Virus record (IMG/VR): IMGVR_UViG_3300021166_000096
Coordinates: 218 to 64,217 of that record
Strand: one strand, 5' to 3'
DNA from: a virus
Taxonomy: Duplodnaviria > Caudoviricetes
DNA length: 64,000 bases
Each line of letters begins with the position of its first letter. Position 1 is the first letter of the stretch. The notes beneath the pieces were generated by a model. It ran no database searches. It had not been told where the DNA came from and was given only the letters and a program-made list of their open reading frames with translations. Both the position numbers and the translations under genes were made by a program. Shown piece by piece: positions 1-7,428 of this stretch.

Positions 1-1696
1 ACATATGGGTGACGGTCATCGCCTTGGAACCCCACGGCATGTCCCAGAGTTCCCACTGCGGCTGCGGAAAAGAAAGCAACCGACCATTGGGCATGGTCAT
101 GAACAGGAAATCCTGCTCGACGAAAAACGCAAACTTGGAGTTGGTCTCGACCTGGAAGAGTGTTCCTGGTGTCGCCACCGCCAACCTTGCGGCCTCGCCA
201 AAAGCTTTCCAGGTGGCCACCAGTTTTGGTCGCGCAGCCCGGAAGGCGTTGACGATCTCCTGGGCCTCGTCATCTGTGAAGGTGATACCATACTGTTCCG
301 CGAAACCGAGCAGCGCACCTTTTCCTCCCTGAAAACCGCAAGCCAATACCGCGATTTTTCCAGCCTGGCGCTGGTGCTTGGATACCTTTTTGTAATCGAT
401 GTGGTACATGCCTGCCGCCGAGGTCTTGTAGATGTCCTTACCTGCCCGGAAGGAATCCAGGATATCATCTTCCCGTGCGATCCAGGCGGTCATCCGGGCT
501 TCGATCTGGCCAAGGTCAGCGTTGAACAATTTGAACCCTGGAGGAGACCACAGCACCGGACGGCACATGGCCGAGGCCAGCGCCAGGACGTTACCGAAGA
601 CCATCTCGATTTCCATCAAACTGCAGGTCTTGAACATGTCGATGGCCAGCAGCACTTCATCCTCGCTGGCCCGGGGGAGATTCTGGATCTGAACACCAGA
701 ACCACTATCCCGGCCCGTAGCAGCCCCGTGGTAACGATGGTTGTCTTTGATGGTGCCATCACCACAGATCTGTTCGCGCATCTTCCTGAACTTCGCTATG
801 GATGTGTAATTGGCCATGGCGTACAGCTCAATAATCCTGCGGGCCCGTGGGTCGATATTTTTCTTTTTCAAAAAACGGAGCAGGGTCGCACCCTGCATGT
901 CGGCCAGGTTGGCGTTGTAGGTGTCGTTGAGATAATCTTTGATCAAGGCCTTCTGCCCAACGGTTTTCAACGTAGGAACCAGAGACTGAATGTCCTTGTT
1001 GATTTCGGCGACCTTTTCGTCGATCTTGGCGTTGATGGCATCGACCGTCTCGATATCCACAGGAATGCCGCGCTTGTTGGCCTCGACGGTCATCTTCCAG
1101 ATCTTACGCTCCGGATGATTGAGTGCCGTGGCCCTGTAAGGCATTTTCTTGACGGCGCTTACCTCGGCCCGGACATCCTGCTGGCAGTAGGTGTAGAGGC
1201 GCTGATACTCGTCAGGCACCTCTGTTTTTAACCACCGGGTGTTAGGGTGTTTCTTGGAAGGCTTGCAGGGCTTGCACAATTTCATCATCAGCTTGTGCCC
1301 TTCTGCGTCTTTCTTCTGCTCGGCTTTTACTGCTACCGTTAACTGGTCAAGGTTCGCCGGAAGACCGAGCGCCAGGGCGTCTGCCTGGCTGTCACACCAG
1401 CGATCAAGTGGAAGGCTAGGCCAGCCCATACGTTTGACGCAGATCTCTTCCCAGATGGCAATCTCGAACTGTGCGTTGAAGGCGGAAAACATCTCGCCGA
1501 CATGGATGTGCCGCATCAAACTTTGGGGAAGAGGAAGCCCTGGATACCAGAGATCTACCTGCCCATACTCCTCGACCTCGTCCTCATCCCCCCAGCAGAC
1601 GCACAGGATCTCGGTGCTTGGGTCTTCTGCGTAGCGCGAGACTCCAACATCTGTAATTTTTGTTTCGGAATAAGTTTCAAAGTCGAGTGAAATCAT
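1..1696 (-). CDS. polA: Phage family-A DNA polymerase, N-terminal ~565 aa (runs off the left edge; missing from the ORF track)
   Basis: Hand translation from ATG 1696 (GGAG RBS at 1701-1704): MISLDFETYSE (ExoI DxE), FSAFNAQFE (ExoII), YCQQDV (ExoIII), YHGAATGRDSG, FNADLAQIEAR (motif A), RQAGKIAVLACGFQGG (motif B). Frame is open to base 1. Confidence 0.95.
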   Translation of the reverse strand, partial: MISLDFETYSETKITDVGVSRYAEDPSTEILCVCWGDEDEVEEYGQVDLWYPGLPLPQSLMRHIHVGEMFSAFNAQFEIAIWEEICVKRMGWPSLPLDRWCDSQADALALGLPANLDQLTVAVKAEQKKDAEGHKLMMKLCKPCKPSKKHPNTRWLKTEVPDEYQRLYTYCQQDVRAEVSAVKKMPYRATALNHPERKIWKMTVEANKRGIPVDIETVDAINAKIDEKVAEINKDIQSLVPTLKTVGQKALIKDYLNDTYNANLADMQGATLLRFLKKKNIDPRARRIIELYAMANYTSIAKFRKMREQICGDGTIKDNHRYHGAATGRDSGSGVQIQNLPRASEDEVLLAIDMFKTCSLMEIEMVFGNVLALASAMCRPVLWSPPGFKLFNADLGQIEARMTAWIAREDDILDSFRAGKDIYKTSAAGMYHIDYKKVSKHQRQAGKIAVLACGFQGGKGALLGFAEQYGITFTDDEAQEIVNAFRAARPKLVATWKAFGEAARLAVATPGTLFQVETNSKFAFFVEQDFLFMTMPNGRLLSFPQPQWELWDMPWGSKAMTVTHM

Positions 1697-1704
1697 AAGG
1701 CTCC

Positions 1705-1737
1705 AAAAAGGAAAGGAGGCCCGGAGGCCTCCCTTTT
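1705..1737 (-). terminator. Intrinsic terminator between the SSB gene and polA
   Basis: Minus strand reads GGAGGCC-UCCG-GGCCUCC followed by UUUCCUUUUU. Confidence 0.75.
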
Positions 1738-1748
1738 ATCAGTTGATC

Positions 1749-2402
1749 TTACAGATCGTCGATGTCGTCAACCACCAGGGTAGAAGGACCGGCGGCACCT
1801 TGCGCCACACCGGCCAGCAACTTGCTGACCACGTCATCGGTGAGCGGCGTGGAAGCCGTGGCGGTCAGCACCTCACCGTCGCGGGTCTTGATCAGACCTT
1901 TGAGGCCGACGGAGCATTCCGAGCTACCGGCGTAACCCTTGCGGGGCTTGCTCTGGTAGCAGTTGATCCGGATGAACAACCGACCGTAGATCCCATCATA
2001 CAACTCGGCAGGATCCACCACCATGGTCTGGTCGGGCATGTAGAGCGACAAACCGTCGTCTTCCGGCGCTTCGACGTTCAAGTACCAGCAGCCCTGGTAT
2101 TCCTTGTACATCTCCTTCTTGTCCGCTTCCTTGGAGGCGTAGTACTCATCACCATCCTTGAGGATGGGTTTCTGGCCGCCGAGTACCTTGCGCAGGTTGG
2201 CGGGCACTTTCTTGAAAGCGGCCAGCGCCACCTTCTCCCGGGCATTCTCGAAGACCGAGAGGTCGGTGCCTTTGGAGATCAACAGGGTGGCGGTATGCAC
2301 CATGCGGACTTGATCATAAGCAAGCTTGCTGGTGTAAAGGTTCAACCAACGAAGGCGGCCTTCTGGGGTTACAATTACTTCTGCGTTGTCTTTATCAGCC
2401 AT
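1749..2402 (-). CDS. DUF2815-family ssDNA-binding protein
   Basis: N-terminal VIVTPEGRLRWLNL, SVGLKGLIKTRDGE, acidic tail VVDDIDDL; lies between DUF2800 and polA, the usual arrangement. Confidence 0.8.
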   Translation of the reverse strand: MADKDNAEVIVTPEGRLRWLNLYTSKLAYDQVRMVHTATLLISKGTDLSVFENAREKVALAAFKKVPANLRKVLGGQKPILKDGDEYYASKEADKKEMYKEYQGCWYLNVEAPEDDGLSLYMPDQTMVVDPAELYDGIYGRLFIRINCYQSKPRKGYAGSSECSVGLKGLIKTRDGEVLTATASTPLTDDVVSKLLAGVAQGAAGPSTLVVDDIDDL

Positions 2403-2422
2403 GGTCTTTCCTCCTTGGAAAG

Positions 2423-3748
2423 TTATAATGATTCTATATCGTCGTCAAAAACTGGCAGCAGCGCCAGCAGGTTTGGTTTATCCACTACCACGCCCGGGCG
2501 TTTGTCATCCTCTGGGGCGTAGGTCAATTCACCGAGCGGTTTCTCGATAAGCGCGGCGAAGGAATTCGACAACTTGGTTGTCAGCTCCATGCCCTTGAGT
2601 AACTTCTCAGCCTGCGAGACCGACTTCACTTTGAAATCGTATCGCTCTTTTTCTTTGAAACCCCTGGCGGCAAGCCACCGGGCGGCTTTGTCCTCATCCT
2701 TCCATTTCCGGTTGGCCCGGCCACGGATGAGCTTGAACCCGGGAATCTGGCCGCCTTCCTTCATGACGCGCATCGCATCTTCTTCGATGGCGTTGGCCAC
2801 CAGGCGAAGCAGGGGCACCGCTTTCAGACGTTTGGCCAACAGGTCGTCCTGCACGATCTCGCCGGTGGAAGTGTCGACCACCTCGTTTGCCAAGGTGGTT
2901 ACCAGTGGGCGGTTGTCCGGGCCGAGAAGGGACAACAGATCGATTTGATTGTGCGGAATTACTTCCATCATGGTCCCCTCCAATTCTGGGCAACCCAGTT
3001 TACTTTTACACCACTGGCATTGATGTTCACCAGCAGCAAACAGGTCGAACTCGATGAGATTTTCCTCATGCACCGTCCGGAGATTCTCGACCGTGATCGG
3101 TGATCCGTTCAAGCCTTTATCCAGCAACTGGATGGCGTCGTATTTCGGGAGAAGTTCGTTCTTCACCCAGGCTAGCAGCTCATCGATCGACAACTCGAAC
3201 GTCACCGGATACCGAGAAATCCGGGGTTGAATGACTGCCAGGATAATCTTGTCGATTTCCTGCGGCCCGCCGATACACCCCAGAACGATCAGCGCATAGA
3301 TCAAAAACTGGGGATTCATGCGCGGATCCACTTCGTTGTAGCCGAATTTGTAGTCACCAATCAACAACGTCCGGGTATGTCTGCCGTGCATCACCAGATC
3401 AATGGTGCCGTGGCAGTCGGGCATTCCTGGAACATGGTCGTTGAACTCGAGCTTGGTGGTATCCCGGTCATCGATCAGGTCTTCTAATTCCCAGGCCGCC
3501 ATCAGCGCAATTTTGGCCTGTTCTGCATCCTCGATTCCTTTCTTACCGGCATCGATCAAAGGTTGAAAGTTTACCAGCTCAATGTCACGGAGCGGGAAAT
3601 TTACCTCACAAAACGAATGTAACATGGTGCCCCGGAGCGAGTGGACGTTATCGGTCCGGGGCTTGTCGGCATTCAGTAGAGCGGAGGCAATACACGGCAG
3701 CCAGGTATGGCTCCCAGAGGGCGAAAAAAGCCGTGAATGCTCTCCCAT
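2423..3748 (-). CDS. DUF2800-family Cas4-like PD-(D/E)xK nuclease
   Basis: HSRLFSPSGSHTWLPC, RGTMLH, GTIDL, IGDYKFG, QFLIYAL, AVIQPR, CQWCKSKLGCP. Confidence 0.85.
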   Translation of the reverse strand: MGEHSRLFSPSGSHTWLPCIASALLNADKPRTDNVHSLRGTMLHSFCEVNFPLRDIELVNFQPLIDAGKKGIEDAEQAKIALMAAWELEDLIDDRDTTKLEFNDHVPGMPDCHGTIDLVMHGRHTRTLLIGDYKFGYNEVDPRMNPQFLIYALIVLGCIGGPQEIDKIILAVIQPRISRYPVTFELSIDELLAWVKNELLPKYDAIQLLDKGLNGSPITVENLRTVHEENLIEFDLFAAGEHQCQWCKSKLGCPELEGTMMEVIPHNQIDLLSLLGPDNRPLVTTLANEVVDTSTGEIVQDDLLAKRLKAVPLLRLVANAIEEDAMRVMKEGGQIPGFKLIRGRANRKWKDEDKAARWLAARGFKEKERYDFKVKSVSQAEKLLKGMELTTKLSNSFAALIEKPLGELTYAPEDDKRPGVVVDKPNLLALLPVFDDDIESL

Positions 3749-3750
3749 GA

Positions 3751-4272
3751 TTAGCTGTTGATAAAGGCCAAGAGTTTTTCCAGGGTGGCCATGTCCATAT
3801 CCGCCAGGGAGGGGGCACCAGTCTTGGTTTTCCAGCCAGAGATATCACCAACCACGTTGGGGCGGGTCGATCCCTTCAGCTCGGCGATACGGGCCTTGAC
3901 GGTGGCACGGAACTCGTCAACGGTGGGGGTCTTGGTGGGTTCCGTCTTTACCTCTGGTTCCGGTACCGGTTCCTCACCAGCCTCGAGCGCGGCGGCTTCG
4001 GCCTTCAGCTTGGCCAATTTCTCAGCCTTTGCCTTCGCGGCTTTGTCGGCGGCGGCGGCCTTCGCATCCGCGTCGGCTTTTGCCTTGGCAGCGGCTTCAG
4101 CTGCGGCTTTGTCAGCGATAGCAGTGTCAATAGCGACCTTGACCTCTGGTTTGACTGCGGCGACCTTGTCACCAACGGTGATGACCTGCGCCTGGCCGGA
4201 CCCGCACATGTCCTGCAGGATCTCTTTCAGCTCGGCGACGGTGGTGGTGGTTACTACGATCTGGGTTGCCAT
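3751..4272 (-). CDS. Hypothetical replication-module protein with an Ala/Lys-rich linker
   Basis: Start MATQIVV with AAAGGAG RBS; (A/K)-rich stretch; position upstream of DUF2800. Confidence 0.7.
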   Translation of the reverse strand: MATQIVVTTTTVAELKEILQDMCGSGQAQVITVGDKVAAVKPEVKVAIDTAIADKAAAEAAAKAKADADAKAAAADKAAKAKAEKLAKLKAEAAALEAGEEPVPEPEVKTEPTKTPTVDEFRATVKARIAELKGSTRPNVVGDISGWKTKTGAPSLADMDMATLEKLLAFINS

Positions 4273-4276
4273 GGTA

Positions 4277-4492
4277 TTACTCCTTTCGGGGTTTGATTTC
4301 GACGACCTCGTCAATGAGATCCTCATAATTAACTTCGTTGTTCGTAAACTTTACAATCTTGATTGCGGTCAGTAGGGAAGGTCGTGTCCCTTGCACAGTG
4401 ATTGAACTCAGGCTCGGAGTCCGTATTCCGATCGCGTCGGCAAACTCCTTCTTGCTCATTCCCTCCTTTTCGATCCATTCATTTAATCTCAT
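4277..4492 (-). CDS. Cro/XRE-like helix-turn-helix regulator
   Basis: MRLNEWIEKEGMSKKEFADAIGIRTPSLSSI..GTRPSLLTAIKI is a typical XRE HTH. Confidence 0.85.
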   Translation of the reverse strand: MRLNEWIEKEGMSKKEFADAIGIRTPSLSSITVQGTRPSLLTAIKIVKFTNNEVNYEDLIDEVVEIKPRKE

Positions 4493-4719
4493 AATTCCTC
4501 GATGTCGTTGTCGTATTCATGGTGAACGCAGCCGAAGTCTGCGTGGCAGATGAAGCCACTGCCGGTCTCTGATCGATTCCAATGGACGAAGCCCCCCAGG
4601 CCAAGTGTCCTTGATTGGAACTTCTCTGACCGGCAGTGACCTGCGTCTGGTCCGTAGAGTGCGCAGGCCTCGGTGTAGCCACCGACACGCCGCCACTGGA
4701 TGCACGATTTGCAGTACAT
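4489..4719 (-). CDS. Small Cys-rich phage protein
   Basis: CKSCIQW...C...DFGCVHH; AAAGGAG RBS; ATGA overlap with the HTH gene. Confidence 0.7.
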   Translation of the reverse strand: MYCKSCIQWRRVGGYTEACALYGPDAGHCRSEKFQSRTLGLGGFVHWNRSETGSGFICHADFGCVHHEYDNDIEEL

Positions 4720-4804
4720 TGTTTTCTCCTTTCAATGTGCCCGGTGGCTGGAAGCACGTTCAATCCCCTCTCGGTGCCGCGCTCCCAGACCTCCGGGAGT
4801 CCGC

Positions 4805-4833
4805 ACTCTACACCGCAATAACTAATCCTGCAA
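4805..4833 (-). promoter_or_regulatory. Sigma70-like leftward promoter
   Basis: Minus strand TTGCAG-N17-TAGAGT with an extended -10 TG; same TTGCA -35 as the promoter at 17335-17363. Confidence 0.6.
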
Positions 4834-4849
4834 CAACTAATATTAGTTA
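4819..4849. promoter_or_regulatory. Operator-like palindrome plus an extra half-site
   Basis: Perfect 14-bp palindrome AACTAATATTAGTT (4835-4848) and half-site TAACTAAT (4819-4826) in the promoter spacer. Confidence 0.55.
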
Positions 4850-5085
4850 TTCAACATACCCTGCATATCGTCTATCAACTTGGCCGCGTTCACTATGTTC
4901 ATGTTCTCCAAAAACCGACGAGCGCGGTCCTCATGATCGATTGATTTGACTTCTAACTTGGTGTCAATACGAGCGTCTTTGGTATCCGTAATGTTGTGGA
5001 TAATGGTCACATCTTTTTCTGGATCCAGCTCGGTATAGACGAGAAGCTGCTCATCACCGATGTCGAAAAGTCTGGCGAATTTCAT
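4843..5085 (-). CDS. Hypothetical protein (MKFARLFDIG...)
   Basis: ORF with GGAGG RBS; start reassigned to 5085 (ATGA overlap with the upstream stop). Confidence 0.7.
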   Translation of the reverse strand: MKFARLFDIGDEQLLVYTELDPEKDVTIIHNITDTKDARIDTKLEVKSIDHEDRARRFLENMNIVNAAKLIDDMQGMLNN

Positions 5086-5414
5086 TGTACACCACCTCCA
5101 CCAAACACCACCGCCGACATTGTTTCCGGGCGGACCGCACTGAGATAATTCTGCAACAGTTCCGCCACCCAAGGTTTGAGGTCATCAAGTTCGAGGTCAT
5201 CGATGAGTGCTAAACCCTCCTCGATTGTTTTCCTTACGTCCATGCTTCCGTCTTCGTAAGCCGGGTTAACTCTCGTTTCCATGGCGTACATCCCATTACC
5301 CATAACCGTCAGCGCCAGGGCGATATCAGGTTTTTCGGGATTCTCGGAATCGGTGACGAGGAGATGTAGCAAAATGTCCAAACTATCAATTTTAAAAATC
5401 TTTGCCAAGCTCAT
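5082..5414 (-). CDS. Hypothetical protein
   Basis: 110-aa ORF in a chain of overlapping minus-strand genes. Confidence 0.65.
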   Translation of the reverse strand: MSLAKIFKIDSLDILLHLLVTDSENPEKPDIALALTVMGNGMYAMETRVNPAYEDGSMDVRKTIEEGLALIDDLELDDLKPWVAELLQNYLSAVRPETMSAVVFGGGGVQ

Positions 5415-5893
5415 ACGGAATACCCCACTATTTCATAGATTTCAGAAACCAGCGCCCCGGAATCCTCGAGTAATTTGAACTCAGATTCCAGAGGCTCGGC
5501 GTCCATTAAGACTGCGGTGATCTGGTTCATCAGCTCCCGCAGCAGGATTAAGTCGGGAAGGATGATCGGATTCCTTACCTTGGTGGCCAGGTCATCGATC
5601 ACTATCTGCCCCATATTGGAGAGGATCACCGGATGCCATACTCCGGCGGCATCGTAGCCGATACCACTGTCGGCCTCCTTCCATTGGTCCAGCCAGCCGT
5701 CGATGACCTTTCTATTTTTTGCCCGGGTGCCCGTCTCCGGATATCCTTGGATCAGTCGCTCGGCGACCACCAGGGAGTGCGTGACCAGCTCCTTGATGCG
5801 CTCATCCGCAGGTACGGCAGCCTCCTGGAGCATGAGCAAAGTGGTATAGGTCATCGAGGTTATCGTCATGAACTGATTGCTGGCACGGCTCAT
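5411..5893 (-). CDS. Hypothetical protein
   Basis: 160-aa ORF abutting its neighbours. Confidence 0.7.
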   Translation of the reverse strand: MSRASNQFMTITSMTYTTLLMLQEAAVPADERIKELVTHSLVVAERLIQGYPETGTRAKNRKVIDGWLDQWKEADSGIGYDAAGVWHPVILSNMGQIVIDDLATKVRNPIILPDLILLRELMNQITAVLMDAEPLESEFKLLEDSGALVSEIYEIVGYSV

Positions 5894-6442
5894 TCAGTGC
5901 TTCTCCATGGTGTACTCGGCGGGCAGGCCCAGGTACTGGAAATGCTCCAGACCGGCCATGGCCTGACAGAACTGTTGCCACTGCGGAAGCTTGTGATTCC
6001 ACCGCTGCTGTAGAATATGCCGAATGACTTTGTAATTGGTGCATACAGATCGTCCTTGGAGGAAACCCTCCGGAAGTTCGTTTTTTATTATGTCGATGGG
6101 TTCGTTTTCTTGGATCATTGAATTTATGTGCCCGAGAGTCCCGCGATGGATTTCATACTCGAAATTCTCCTGGCTCAATGGCTGCCGTTTCAAGGTGTGC
6201 ATGGTGCTGTCGGACTGCTTGCTCATCCCGGCTCGGTAGGTGTCGAACTCGCTCCACCAGAAGCGGGGCGCATCTATCTCCATCCAAACCGCGATGCTTT
6301 CCAGAAATTTATTATGGCCGCGATCTTTGTCCGAAAGCTTGAGCGCCACTTCCGGCATGAACTTGGGATCCTGGTTATAGGATCGGGCGAGACCACGCAT
6401 GGCCCGATGAAAGCCGTGTTCTTCAATGTCGTAGATTCTCAT
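5894..6442 (-). CDS. Divergent ThyX-fold (flavin-dependent thymidylate synthase-like) protein
   Basis: GHNKFLE, EIDAPRFWWSEFDTYR, SKQSDSTMH and LPEGFLQGRSVCTNYKVIRHILQQR align by eye with ThyX blocks. Start reassigned to MRIYDIEEHG. Confidence 0.6.
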   Translation of the reverse strand: MRIYDIEEHGFHRAMRGLARSYNQDPKFMPEVALKLSDKDRGHNKFLESIAVWMEIDAPRFWWSEFDTYRAGMSKQSDSTMHTLKRQPLSQENFEYEIHRGTLGHINSMIQENEPIDIIKNELPEGFLQGRSVCTNYKVIRHILQQRWNHKLPQWQQFCQAMAGLEHFQYLGLPAEYTMEKH

Positions 6443-6687
6443 AGCATTAACTCCGCAAAGATGTTTTCGGCCCTGGCCACCGCTTTTTCGATACCCTCCA
6501 GGTCTCCAGGTATGGAGAGGCAGGAATCGCGCAGCAGGCACTCGTACATGGCCTGCAGGGCGAGATGGGTTTTTGGGTAGTAGCCGATGATTGCCTCGGT
6601 CTCGTTTCCTTTCTCAGTGATGTAGTTTTTCCGCAACACCCACTGCAGGGCGTCGGGAGTGATCTCATATTTTGAAGTTTGGGACAT
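6439..6687 (-). CDS. Small phage protein (DUF5405-like)
   Basis: KYEITPDALQWVL...GYYPKTHLAL pattern; start MSQTSK. Confidence 0.55.
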   Translation of the reverse strand: MSQTSKYEITPDALQWVLRKNYITEKGNETEAIIGYYPKTHLALQAMYECLLRDSCLSIPGDLEGIEKAVARAENIFAELML

Positions 6688-6850
6688 AACGTTCCTCGCC
6701 GGTCTGCTGTTCAATTCGTTTGATGGTCGTACCGAGGTCGGCCCGCATGCGGAGCTGGTCCTCGACCCGGCCACAGTCAACTGCGATCTGGTGCCAGTTG
6801 GTGGTTTGGTCAATCTTGATGAGCTTTGCCCTAAGCTTTTTCATTTCCAC
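6665..6850 (-). CDS. Hypothetical protein
   Basis: 61-aa ORF with AAGGA RBS. Confidence 0.6.
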   Translation of the reverse strand: MEMKKLRAKLIKIDQTTNWHQIAVDCGRVEDQLRMRADLGTTIKRIEQQTGEERYVPNFKI

Positions 6851-7163
6851 GTTTCCTTAAAATAATGAGTTCCTGGGTTATGGCGTTGGCCAGCAGAGAG
6901 TTGTTGTGCCGGTCAGGATGGCAGAGTTTGATCAGGTCCGTCAGATTGATCCGGCTCATATCGTGCCCGCTCCGCAGCCGTTCATTGATCCGGCGTTCTC
7001 GGCGCAAAATATCTTCCAGGTACACTACCTGATCCTTGAGCTGGCGAATCTCTTGTTCCAGCCGCTCGGTTTTCATCCCTGTTTCCAGGGGGCGATAGAT
7101 ATCATTGGCCATCGACATCCGCATCAAATCTTCCATCATCGCCGCGTATTGTGAACGATTCAT
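6831..7163 (-). CDS. Coiled-coil protein with a C-terminal J-domain-like HPD motif
   Basis: DLIKLCHPDRHNNSLLANAITQELI; AAGGAG RBS. Confidence 0.65.
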   Translation of the reverse strand: MNRSQYAAMMEDLMRMSMANDIYRPLETGMKTERLEQEIRQLKDQVVYLEDILRRERRINERLRSGHDMSRINLTDLIKLCHPDRHNNSLLANAITQELIILRKRGNEKA

Positions 7164-7169
7164 ATTTTC

Positions 7170-7428
7170 TCCTTTTAAAGGTTCCAGGTGGGGCGCGGGA
7201 ACGCCCCACCCAGTTTATCCGGTTCCGCTATTTCAAGTCTGGCAACACTGGGCCATAAGGATGGAAACCCTGCCACCGGATTTCGACCACGGAGGCTCAC
7301 GCCTCTCTTTTATGCCCACCTTCGCGAAGTTCACCAGCCGCTACCAAGCACGAAGGCAGGACCAGTATGCCGGGGAAAACGCGGTACCCCGTGCATCCGG
7401 CAATCTAAAACCCTGGCGCGGCGAATTC
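7170..7428 (-). ncRNA. Candidate structured RNA in a ~260-nt intergenic gap
   Basis: Multiple stems: GGUGGGGCG/CGCCCCACC, GAGGC-GUGA-GCCUC, AUCCGG/CCGGAU, UGCCGG/CCGGCA, CCUUCGUG/CGCGAAGG. Confidence 0.4.

Noticed and set aside
5-1231. 408-aa plus-strand ORF
   Set aside because: Antisense shadow of polA; no motifs or RBS.
7185-7220. Type I-E CRISPR handle resemblance (ATAAACTG ... GTTCCCGCGCC)
   Set aside because: Pieces are in the wrong order for a repeat and only about 6 nt apart; better explained by the local hairpin.
7265-7345. tRNA-like element (GGTCGAAATCC)
   Set aside because: No acceptor stem, anticodon arm or canonical T-arm.
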